From positions 656,115 to 720,114 of the forward strand of contig NMRA01000198.1 of assembly GCA_002633005.1 (NCBI GenBank): 64,000 nt of DNA, written 5' to 3'. The notes below the pieces were generated by a model. It saw only the letters and a program-made list of their open reading frames with translations. It was not told where the DNA came from and made no database searches. Source of the stretch: Phoronis australis. Taxonomy: Eukaryota > Animalia > Phoronida. The position numbers and the translations under genes are program-made. This document shows positions 47,526 to 59,216 of the stretch, in pieces; position 1 is the first letter of the stretch, and the number at the start of each line of letters is the position of its first letter.

Positions 47526-50500
47526 TTCCAAGTAAAGTGACTTGTTATTTCCATTAATTTTTTTACACTCTCGTTGCTTTCCCACTAATGGTTCAGTCGG
47601 TGGGAAAGCATAAATCCATCGCAGCTCCTCTCAAAATAGGTGGATTAAACTACAGAATTGCGAAACTCCTCCGTCATAGGAAAATTAAATCCACTTCGGG
47701 AGGCTTAACTGATGCCTGGACTTGCAACACACCGATTCAATCAATAGTGCAAATCAACTTTGCCATCTGGTGTCAAATATTGAGAACTAGGAGTTAGTAG
47801 GAAAAGTGTTGTGATGGAGTTTTTGAAAGACTTTGCCGAATGAAAAAGTGACTTTTGTGACAAGTAATTCACTTGGACAGTTCAGCACAAGGAAAGTAAA
47901 CTGTGTTTCAATTGAGGTAAAGGTCTTTGGTACAGGCTGTGAAAGTAGACTCTGATTGTAAAAATGTTATGTAATGTGACCAGTAAATGGTATTAATCTC
48001 CATGCAAATGGCTTACTGATTTGCCTGTAATAGTATAGACACGTCCTGTGACTTGGTAAAAAGCGCAATTTTCTGTGCTTTTTATGGCATTTTCCTCATA
48101 ATTGGAAAATATTCCATCGTTGGTTAAAAAGTTGTTGAAAAACTACCAGTTACTTGGAAAGATTTGTGGAATACAATTGGCATATCAATTCTTGTGAGTA
48201 CTAGTACATATTGATGTATAAAAGGTGCTGCTACATTACAATAATACTTATAGGTTCACTCCACCAGTGAGCATAATGCAACCGAACCTTTCATATGTTA
48301 CCGTTTGTGACATATTAAACACTTATTTTGTTTTGGTTTTTATCCTAAAAATCAGTTATTTATTCATGTTATCTTCAAAGTGAGATGTACCTCTGTTTCT
48401 GCATTTTGCATGTTATTAACTTGTAAATAGGTAAGTTTTATGTTATTGTCTTTATGTTATTTTAATATTTTAATTTCCAATATGTACATAAACACTTACC
48501 TTCTGTGAAGGTATGATGATTATTTTGAATTTTGAAATTAAACATTCTCTTGGAATATCAGTTCTACATTCAACATTACTAACATGAAAATTTCCAGTTT
48601 GGGTCAGTGAAAATTAATTATTTTGCTCAAATGGACAATATTTTCCAACGTAATTACGACCAACTGAACAACAAATGATCATTCACCATGATGTTATTAT
48701 GCACTCTGGGTCACTTGAAAACATTGCCCCCATGGATTTTATGAATTTCCTATTATATTTTTAGACTCTTATGGTTCAAAAGCAGACGTCCAATATTTGA
48801 GAATTATACCAAAAATGACCATGTCCCAATCACCAGAATAAAAATCTATTTTGGCTTTTAGTTGGATTTCCTTGTTCCAAATTTTAGAAACTGCCGAAAC
48901 TGGAGAATTTTTGCTGTATTATCGTTGGTCTTTGATGAGCATGTTATTTTGCTGTTATTTAGGCAATTAAATACATTTGTAAAAATTTTATGCAAAACAC
49001 AAAACAGTTGTCCGGTATTAGGCAGTAAGTTGTATGGTCAAAAGACTACTGAAACCGTAGCCACACACCATATTTGTAGTGTTGGCCCTCAGTTTACTAA
49101 GCAAAGAGCGACTTTTGGAATGATTGAACAATAAAACTCGCGTAAGTCGTATCCAAACAGACCAATGTATTTTGTTTGAGTAAGATGACATCCAACTTAT
49201 GAAGCCCTTATACAAGAACTGTGTGTAGAACATTGGTGCAGATGACAAATCCACCACTTCAGTAAAAAAACAAAGTTTATTAACTGTTTTAAAACGGGCC
49301 TCTTCTTATTCCTTACTCAGATTAGAAATGATACCTGAGACCTGACAGGTAGTTGCTGCTTCACATCAGTTCCACGTTGTTGCTGGTCGTGGCGGCTTAC
49401 TTTCACTGGTCATGGGGTGAATCCTGAGAAGATTATTGTCACTAGTTTCAGTCCATGACAACAGGACTAAAACAACGGGATGATGACGTTGGTTTGGAGT
49501 AGGAAACGTGCTTATCGTGATTCACAGCAGCTCAGTGCGAGTTTTGTTGCAATTCCTGGTGAAATGATACCATTTGAACAGAGCATTCAAAACTTAATAT
49601 TTGTAACGTGTAAATATGAATACATAGTTTTTTCATCACGTGTGTTTTATCATACAGTTACAGTGGTATGGTTGCTGTGGGTCCATATAATAATTTATGA
49701 TAGAATGAAATATCTCTCAAAGGGACAATTAAGTAGTATTCGAAGACCAAAGTAATTTTCCAGATATAAGCGGGAGTGCATGCGGATTCGGTAGAAACTT
49801 TACCGCCGAGCCAGTCTCACCCGTTATAATAGTGAGAACTATTAAAGCGTATTTAGGGGGCAAAGACTCCAGCTGTGATTTCGGCGAATGTCTTCTAGAC
49901 GATTTATGATAAAACCAGAAAAATAACTGCAGTTTCGCGTAATCTCGCGGAGTCTTGCTCCTTTAGCAAGGTCCTGGCGAGGTAATAGTGTTACCCAACT
50001 CTACTCCGGCTGCTTTTTGGTCTTATAAAAAGCTAACGATTAAAACAATTTTGCGAGGACACATAAAGCAAACAACTCCTTATATAACATTACAAGAGCA
50101 CAAACTTAAAAATTAGCGCGTAAGTAAACAAAGACTTATTGATCCATCGCTTCGGTTTATTCACTATAAACCATTCTGTTCTTAAACAACATTTTCCTCA
50201 TTCGTATCGATGTCCCGGTCCTGTATTCGGGGTCTTGGAAGGTACAGATATACTATTTTCCTAACGTTTTTCAATTATCCGCTAGGTAACTGACCAAGAT
50301 CAAATATGACGGAGAAGCTGGCCCACTATAAATAAAATAGTACAAAAATTATCGTGACCTAATCGAATGAACGATGATGACAAATTACAGACATTCATTA
50401 CGATTGCATGCAGCGTAAATGAGCCACCTCATCCTGTGGGTTGATAACAGGTTTGTAAAGAAAGTGACATTAACTTAACGCCGTTGTGCGTTTGTTGTAA

Positions 50501-52499
50501 AGGAGTGAACAGGCTAAGCCGGGCTGTCCCCTGGTGTATACTTTGAGCGTCGCCTTATGTAAAATTACCTCAATACTTGTCTGGGTGGCAGAAAAGGATT
50601 ACGAACTAATTTTTGATTCGTAATATTGAAGAGCGTGTTTCACCTGGATGTCACATTTGTAGCGACGGTGTGCGTTAACAAATTTAACTGACAGCGGAAC
50701 ATCTCTAAATGTGCTCAACTATTTAAAAGTACCCAGAGAATCGTGTGCTAGTGTGGGTATTCACCGGCTCACGCACTTCAGATAAATTGTTCAGGTAAAT
50801 TATTCACCCGACATATTGCAGTATCCAGCTGTCTCTGGGGGACGTTAATTTCCCGTAGTTTGCACGGACGTACAAGATTTATAAACGTCGATAACGTAGA
50901 ACTTGCCATCATTGAAGTATCGGACAAATTAGGGAGGTGTTGGGCGTGAACGCTAAGGTAAGCTGCGGGTACGTTTTCGTTCAACGGTGGTTACCAAACA
51001 GCAATTCATTTGTGATGAGACCGCTACTTGCGTGTTCACCGTTGATATACGCAGAAAAGTAATGTAGCTTGTTCAATGTAGAATTAAAAAAATATCCCTT
51101 TGACCCGTAAAGTGCAATAGCACTATGTTTGTGTCAATCTCACTATGTGGCGTTTCATTTTATTTGTACACTGAGTTAGCCGTGCCATAATTGTGTATAT
51201 AGATGTTACGAGTATGCACTCACCTAATGTTTTTAAGTGCTTGAGAATATCGATCGCGCAATTACTGCGACTGACTTAACGCCGAAGGCGCACAGATGGA
51301 CATCTGTTTCTATGTCATGATCGTTGGGTTAGAATTAAGGCATGCTCAATAATCTAAGCCACCGAAACGAAAGCAATGATAATGTTTGCATCAGCACAAT
51401 GAACTGTTTGTGTAGATTTAGCATATGCATTCACTGTGAACGAATTCGTACCATTCCTTTATCCGCGGATCTTCGCGTTTACATGTTAATTCCAGTAAAC
51501 AAATACAGCGTGATTGTCAGCGGAAGGGTTGCATTCAGTTTTCTAATTTGCAACGCTCTTAGGTCCATATCATTTACACGGAACAGTGACGCCCAAAATG
51601 TTGTGTTAATCAGCACCTCGGTGGAAATGTCGGCTGGCTGTAGGCCCCCATCAATGGCGCAGCCTTGATCGAGGTACGTTTTCGCATCAGTATTTTTAAA
51701 AAAACGTTATCAAAATAGCCACCATTGCTCGAAAGCAAATGGTTGCCATCATCTTTCTTGATAACATTTGTTGAACAACAACATTTGTGTCCATTTGAAT
51801 ATGATACAAATTGGTGCCTCGATAAAACCAAACGCCGTCTAAGCATAAGTCAGACAAAAATCGCCACGTAGTTCTTTCAGTTATCAATAACCTGGAAATT
51901 AAGATTCACCTCACGAGATCTTTCCAGTTTATTCTGTGGAATCGAGCAATCCGACAAAATTATATTTTAAACTGGCTTTGTTGAAGTCCTGTTCTTGATC
52001 ATATTCGTCAAGCTATTTTATTCATATAATGCGATTTATAATTAGTTTGCTATTATCGGCAAAATGCGCAATTCTAGGTTCTCTCCCACTTCGATCCAAA
52101 CCCATGCACAACGGATTCACAGTTGTCGAAGAAGCGCACCGACGGACAAGTTACTAAGTGTAAAAGAACTTTTAAATAAAAACTCAAAAACAAAAACACT
52201 TCAGGACCATTATGTGGATTGACAATGCTACCCTGAAGCACAATATAATGTTGCGAGACGAGCAAACTGTGAACTACCTCAATGTATGACTAGAACACTA
52301 GACGGCTCAGACTTAGAACATATTGTCACGTGTATCATACGTTCACGGATGAGAGAGCACAGATCGATGCGGCTACCGATATGACCGACAACAAAAGTAA
52401 ACTGAAAATGATTGCATTTTTTTATTGGACTTTCAGGGTGAACTCTCCGAACAAACAAAACGTATCTGAACAGGGTTACAACCGAGACGAAACACACAG

Positions 52500-53453
52500 A
52501 TGGGGTACGGCATAAACCGTTTCGTCGGTCACGTGGATGCCAATCTCATTTGCGGTATCTGCAGCGCTGTTCTCGAAGAACCTGTGCTAACATCATGCGG
52601 CCATACGTTTTGTCTGCTTTGTCTGGAGACGTGGCTTGGTCGCCCGGGAACTAACACATGTCCCGAATGCAGAACAAGGTGTATGCCCAATGAGGCTAGA
52701 CCGATACTCTCCCTTCGTAATCTTATTTCTGGAATGCGAATTCAGTGTGACTACGAGAGCCGAGGATGTCAAGCGGCAGTAAAACTGGACACGTTGCAAA
52801 AACATCTCGATGGATGCGATTTCTTCCCCGTTGAATGCGCTGGTTGCGCACACGTGGTCAATCGATGCGAACTTGCCGACCACCAGATCCAATGTGTCGC
52901 CATTGCCGCCGTGGTTTCCGAGACGGAGACAACTAGTCGCTTTGATAACAACGAAGTGGGGGTTCTGTCCGGTCGCGTGACTTCGCTAGAACTACAACTC
53001 AGGAGAGTGAAGAAAGATCTTGACCTAGCTGAATTCAGGAACAAAAAATTGGAGAGAGAATTGAAAAAGACCAGAGATGACTTAGAAGAAAAAAGAGCTA
53101 TGCTTATAGAACACCAATTCGTGGACTTTGACCCTCATTACGAGTACGGATACGCACCCCGTACTATAAGCAAATTAGCTTGTCTTATATCCAGGTTTTT
53201 AGGTACTAAACCTGAATACGTGGACCGAAATCGGGTGTTCAATTCTATCAAGCGTTGCTATGACAACTACAGTCGATGCCCGGATTATCACAAGGATGTT
53301 CAAATGCTGATGGCGGTAGCGGCTGCGAGCGCGTGGTTCACTGAGAATCAGAAAGTGGATTTCACAGGATGGCTGCACTCCTTGGTTAGATACAGCAAGT
53401 ATACAATGCATGCTTCCTACACGACTGCTGAATCCACTCCCGGTGTGAATTGA
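52500..53453 (+). CDS. Single-exon RING (C3HC4) + TRAF/SINA-type zinc finger + coiled-coil E3 ubiquitin ligase with NRDP1/RNF151/PDZRN-like N-terminus
   Basis: 317-aa ORF; MGYGINRFVG..LICGICSAVLEEPV..CGHTFC..C..CPEC; C..GC..HL..C zinc finger; heptad-rich middle region. Confidence 0.92.
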   Translation: MGYGINRFVGHVDANLICGICSAVLEEPVLTSCGHTFCLLCLETWLGRPGTNTCPECRTRCMPNEARPILSLRNLISGMRIQCDYESRGCQAAVKLDTLQKHLDGCDFFPVECAGCAHVVNRCELADHQIQCVAIAAVVSETETTSRFDNNEVGVLSGRVTSLELQLRRVKKDLDLAEFRNKKLERELKKTRDDLEEKRAMLIEHQFVDFDPHYEYGYAPRTISKLACLISRFLGTKPEYVDRNRVFNSIKRCYDNYSRCPDYHKDVQMLMAVAAASAWFTENQKVDFTGWLHSLVRYSKYTMHASYTTAESTPGVN

Positions 53454-54384
53454 AGAGACACTGTGCTTGGCATTTGCAATATGCCAAAACAACAATTGAT
53501 GTTTCTTTATATTACAGACTGGCCCATAGAGGATAAAAAAGAAAAACAAATCTTGAGTAGCCTGAAACCTGGTAAAACAAAGTCATGTATTTCTATTCGA
53601 GTATGGGAGTATATTCGTATGCAAGGACATGGCGTCATATTGGGGGTTGTTTGCCTTCTAATACAAAATTCACACCAGGTAACGTAGTAAGTTCGCGCCG
53701 TGAAGCATCTCAATAGCCTATGTGTGGCTGGAGCTTTCAAACTGGTTGCATTTGGCGGCAAAACTCAAAGATTTTTCTTATCTTCAGTTACAGCAAGGGT
53801 TACAGTCCACTGTGATACCTTTTGTACTTCTACGCAAAGAAAAACATACTTTGGGAATCCTGGCGTAAAAAAGGTGCCATTAGATCCCAGTAAAACCATA
53901 CAGTGGTACAAACATCTTAGGATATTCTTGTGAACTTTTTGGGACAACCTATTTTCTATTGTTACGGTAAGTCATATACTTTGCTTGAAAAAGACTAAAC
54001 AGGTGGCGTGCCTCACAAGAAATCCGACCATTTGCGATGCAAGAGACAGCAAGGTACACCTTTTACAGTTGATATGATGTGTCCGTAAGACAAACCCCAT
54101 TACACAGAAAATGAACATCTAGGCAAACCTAGCTTCGTAAATGACTCGTTATTATATTTTTTTCTATGAAATGTTTAGGAATTCATTTTGTCCAAGTGTT
54201 TTAATAACGCTGAGCAAAACAACAACAGCTCTGGACAATTTGTCGACTATGTTTCTGGACTATGTTTATCACATTTCTACGCAGAATAAAAAATAAAAAG
54301 TAACATATACTTTTTAAAATTTTGTCTAGAACATGACAGATTGAACATAAGAAACCTGTTCCAAAGGTACAGTACATTAGGGAG

Positions 54385-54930
54385 AGATCAAGCTTGAGTC
54401 TAAAGTGCCGTTTACACTTACAAAGTTGACACGGATCAGCTGACACGGAACAAGTTGTTCCAATGTGTAAACGGACTGACACGGCGCAAATTGACACCGC
54501 TGTGGCAAATTTTGCCACCCGTTTGTGAGGTAGAGTAATTTGCGCCCGAACATTCTTGCGCTGTGTCAATTATAAGTCTAAACGCGAAACTGAAGTAAGG
54601 CGGTAAGGATCATCTCTACTGCGCTTTTGCAATGACCTACGTACGGGTTCTTTGTCTCTGTAACTGTCGTTTGTAAACCTGCGCATGTGCGATCCAGTCT
54701 CACCAGCCTTTAATTTCCGTCTTGCCACGGTTAGTGAGTTGTGTGTGTAAACGGCCGCTTGACACGGGTCAATTTGCTCCGTGTCAGTTGCGCCGGGCCA
54801 AAAGTTGATGTCTAAACAGGACTTAATACTGGAAGAAAAACTTACTAAAAATTAGCGACGTTGCGTCCGCATCTCACGGACTTCAGCTTGGCTTTTGACG
54901 TTATTCCAGTATTAGACTCAAACTTGATCT
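54385..54930. mobile_element. Small MITE whose left TIR is split by the 54404-54823 insertion
   Basis: TIR agatcaag.ttgagtctaatactgga. Confidence 0.7.
54404..54823. mobile_element. PIF/Harbinger-like MITE
   Basis: TAA duplication (54401-03, 54824-26); ends agtgccgtttacac / gtctaaacaggact; internal tgacacgg repeats. Confidence 0.75.
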
Positions 54931-54975
54931 ATTTTCGCAACTGGATGTCTCAAAATTTTCATGCTTTTCTACATT

Positions 54976-55673
54976 AGGGAGGTTTCGCAAAGCGACGTGA
55001 ACGTGAATTATCACGCATTTGTATTACTACGTCATACAAGCCATTGTTGACTGACGTAATGCCGATAATGTTTGAGTATTTTACGCGAATAGAGGGAGAT
55101 TAGCGTCGCTTTAAACACGAAACCTGTGGCCCCTTTTTAATTCTTATTCAGTAAGATATAGAAAAGATTGTTAATTTCATAGGGCTCTCAATCTTTCTTC
55201 TTTGCTTCAGTATAAAATGATCATGCTTCTTTTGTCTAAATATGTTCTTAAAGTTTAGTTGCAGGTAAACACTTTTTACAAAATCCTTATTCTGCCAGGG
55301 TTTACTGGATATCATCGCATTAGAATGGATTTTTAATAGACAATGATTTTGTCTTGTTAAATTTTACCAGCTTAATTAACATGCATCTATTTATTTTAAA
55401 CTCCGAATAAATTTCGCATTCTAAGAGTTGACCGTTTTTTCGCAGGAGTTCGCAGAAACGATTTCTTTCACATGCAACTTATACTTCTATCTAGCGGATA
55501 TATACTGCGATAATTGGACACTCTGAGCTCAGTTACTTAGTTCACATTTACTTTCGCGTTCGTGTAAAAAATTACCTGTTGCGAAACCTATTTTTGTTAC
55601 TGTAACGTGAACCGGCACGTGCAATTACGTATGCGTCATAATTCACGTTCACGTCGCTTTGCGAAACCTCTCT
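54976..55673. mobile_element. MITE with ~35-bp TIRs
   Basis: ag(g/a)gaggtttcgcaaagcgacgtgaacgtgaatta at both ends, inverted. Confidence 0.85.
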
Positions 55674-55827
55674 ACTGGCTAAATCAAAGCCGGTGACTAC
55701 GTTTAAATTACTGTCCTTAGCTCCGCCAATGCTTAACTGCAACAGAAGGGTTCCTGATCCGAAGCCGCGTTGGGGCTGAAAATCAGTCTTTTCGCTGATA
55801 TGTCTTGGACTATGCACTTAGCATATT

Positions 55828-56046
55828 GACGAATAGCTACGACTTGAGCTGTCGCCTGCTTCAAGTGAACGGTAGCTGAGCTTACCATATTGCCGGGAGG
55901 GCCAGTGCAGACGAATAGCTACGACTTGAGCTGTCGCCTGCTTCAAGTGAACGATAGCTGAGCTTACCCTATTGCCGGGAGGGCCAGTGCAGACGAATAG
56001 CTATGACTTGAGCTGTCGCCTGCTTCGAGTGAACGATAGCTGAGCT
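55828..56046. repeat. 82-bp tandem repeat, ~2.7 copies
   Basis: Units start at 55828, 55910 and 55992. Confidence 0.92.
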
Positions 56047-56852
56047 GACAGTTCTTGCCAAGGCGAAAACAATTGAATGAACCCATGGATAGTTCATTTC
56101 TCGTATTTCCACAACTTGTTGGAGCTGTCAGCTCCTCTATAGTTCACATGCAGTTCAGCACTTGTCCCACAAAACGGACAAAACATGAATCAATGAATCA
56201 TTAAGTCAGAGACGTCATGTACAGAGTTGTTTACGTCAAAGCCACTGTTTTCTGTCCTTTTGTTTGTTTGTAGCAACGAGCAACTCCAGTAACTCTTGTA
56301 AATTTACTGCCTGCTTTGTTGGATGTTTTGAAAAATATGCTTTTCTTTTTCATGAATTCGTTAATTATTATTTCATCCCATAAACAAATATCGCGTTCTT
56401 CTTGAACGGTGAAGTGAGCAGTAGGCTAGATTCAAAATGCGTACCAAAGCATGTCGGGATTCCATCAAATAAGCAATGGAAACTGAACGCGATTCGTCCG
56501 TGTGCTCGAAATCATGATTTGATGATTCCCACTCTCCATCATAGACATTTGAATTAGGCCACTTACCGTTATGGAATTGGTCTCAAATTGTTCCTTAGTT
56601 AAATTGGTTGATAATTTCAGGGCTTTGAAAGACGGAAAAAGATAGTTCGTTGTTAGTAAGGCTGTGCAATTTGGCTCGTCACCGAGGCGTACCACTTTAT
56701 GCGCCGAGAATGGTCTGGACTAATAACGAACAGCCAGTCACTTCTCACCTCAGTATAGAACAAGTTGAGACCAATTTTACAGCCTCAGTAGTGTGTATCA
56801 AAAGTTCGCTTCTTGGATGAAACCATTTAGATTTACGGTCTGGGCGCTATAA

Positions 56853-57540
56853 GGTTATCTCAAACCTTATTCACAAAAATGGCCATTTTTACAATATTTC
56901 ACCTGTGTATAGTAAAATACCTAATCTTTATTCTCGGGGAACTTCAAATACAAAATATAAACTGCGTAGCGAGAAAAAAGATTTAACAGAACCACCTTGG
57001 AACCGCACAACCGCGTGGATATTTGTTTACTACTTATCCGAGGTCGAAGGCTAAAGGGCTTTCAATCAAATCGAATCTCCCGCCCGGGTACAGAACAGCT
57101 TCGCACACCTCAGTCCTTTCATTCACAAAATCGCCATAACATTTAGTTAACGAGGTGTACTTATGGTAGAATGATGCCGGGGAAAACAAAGACAAAAATT
57201 AATGTACTTTTGATCCTAAGGGAGTTGTGCGTCTACTTGAAACCAAAGGCTGGCCCATTGCCATGAACTCTGGGTCTATGAGCACTCCAACTGTGTTTGG
57301 GCTAGTGAGATCCCAGTGTGCTTTGGTGACGAAATTTTAGGAAGTAGGTTAGGCACTTTTGCGTGGAATATAGGTTAACAAAATGAAAAGTTAAAAGATT
57401 TTTTTGAAATCGTAAATTAAAAATCTTATGTTAAATTTTCATATTCCGTAATCTTTTTTCGTTCAGAAAATATGTACTTTTACTAGTTGACAAAGATTAG
57501 TTCTTTTGATAGAGGGGACTGAATAAGGTTGGAGATAACC
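56853..57540. mobile_element. TTAA-type MITE
   Basis: 21-bp TIR ggttatctc(a/c)aaccttattca; ATAA and TTAA flanks. Confidence 0.75.
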
Positions 57541-57544
57541 TTAA

Positions 57545-59216
57545 AGACAGCGTCCATCGGCTAAAACACCTTTTTGACACCAGAAATGCATGTATTGTTC
57601 ATAAAAAATATTGTTTTTGCTTCTTACATACCACGGAAAGTAATTAACTGCGACGCAAATTACACCGCTCATAATTCGTAGCCCCTTCGAGCGCCCCAGA
57701 AAAAAAATCTCAACCAATCAGCGTAAAGTGGTTCATATGACATCATCGTGGCCACGAATTTACTGGGGAGCCACACTGCGTAACAGCTGAGTGCCATTTC
57801 TTGGACGTTCTGCACTTGTCGATCTCTGGGCTAAAATGCCTCTTTGCGTGGTGTGCGGGTGTAGCAATGTCAGCGGCAATGGGATACATTTGCACAACTT
57901 CCCCACCGATCACGTCGTGTGCCGTGCGTGAATTAGATCCGTATCCACGACAAGGCCTGGCGACAAACTTTCCCGATCTGATTTAGTCTTGGTGCAAAGC
58001 TGCATACAAAATCTACAGCTTCGTGTCGATGTGGGTAAAAAGGACTAAATAAAATCTGACGCAGAAATAGTGTCATTAAAAGCTGCACCGCTCTTTGAGT
58101 AAACCAAATTATTTACCGGTGTTGGAAGAATTATCGTTCTAAACCTACCGCTCATCTACTGCTAAAATTGAAGTGCGCTCTTGGGAGTCGGCGTTTGACG
58201 ATTACGTCTCCTGACCCGAACAGTTTCTTTTCCCCCCAGTTTATTCTTCTATCAACTGTTCTTTGCTGCCACCATAGACTTTACTAATATCTATGCTGCC
58301 ACGAGGTTGCGTACTGTCACAACGAATTGTCGGAACACACACAATGTTGTGTTGCTATTAAATTTTCAATTTTTTTAGGCTGACCGAGTCAAAATGGCGA
58401 CGATTAGGCTACGGGTTGCAGCATTTCAAGGCGACTTATTTTGAAAATTGAGTTTCTAATGTAAAAGTTTTCAATGAATTTGATTATAATTGCGTTGTAC
58501 GAAAAGATCAAGCTGATATGTGTTGTAACGTTTCCAACTATTTTGCACCAAATTAAACGGCCTATTGTCGCCTATACCAATACGGGGACACACACTCGAC
58601 AGCCGCCCTTTAGGCCTATTGGAATCGCGCAGCGTTCACACCTTCGGCTTCAAAAAGACATGGATGCAAAGTTCCTAACATTAAAGTTTTTGTATCAAGC
58701 AAATTACTCTTTATAATAAACATTGTGAAATTGCTGATAACAATTCAGACGAAGCGTTTTGTTTTTCCGGCTGTCCCGACGGCCCCAGTCACACTCCCGG
58801 GGATTCCCATACGGGCCCGTATGAGAATATGTGCTAAATAATTGAATAAAAAATTCTAAAGGTAATGATTTTGATCAATTTTAATATTAACTGACATGAA
58901 ATGAAAAATTAATGTGTTTCTTTGATTTTCCACGTATTTTGCATTAAATGAAATGGCCAGTCATCGCTTATTCCAATACTGTGGACACACGGTGAAAGCC
59001 AAGATCGTGGTAACGATGATGTCACAGACTTCGATTGGCGCGAGCGCCGTCTCAAGTTTTTTTTGGCGCTAAATGGGGTTCGTGATGGGGCAACTGTATT
59101 GTCGAAGGCCTACTTCATTAACGACTGGGGTATGCTGTGACACATGATTTTGATGTTTTTCATCAATAAATGTGTTTTAGATGTAAAAATAGTCATTTTG
59201 GCACCATACTTGGCCT
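57545..59216 (+). mobile_element. Kolobok-like element with a THAP pseudogene, interrupted by a ~57985-58410 insertion
   Basis: TTAA flanks; internal inverted tgacatcatcgt..ccacga; MPLCVVCGCSNVSGNGIHLHNFP from 57836, with CS.HF-like and VPTL-like remnants after 58410. Confidence 0.7.

Noticed and set aside
56465-56695. Minus-strand ORF with an internal GTAAGT donor
   Set aside because: No homology and no partner exons identified.
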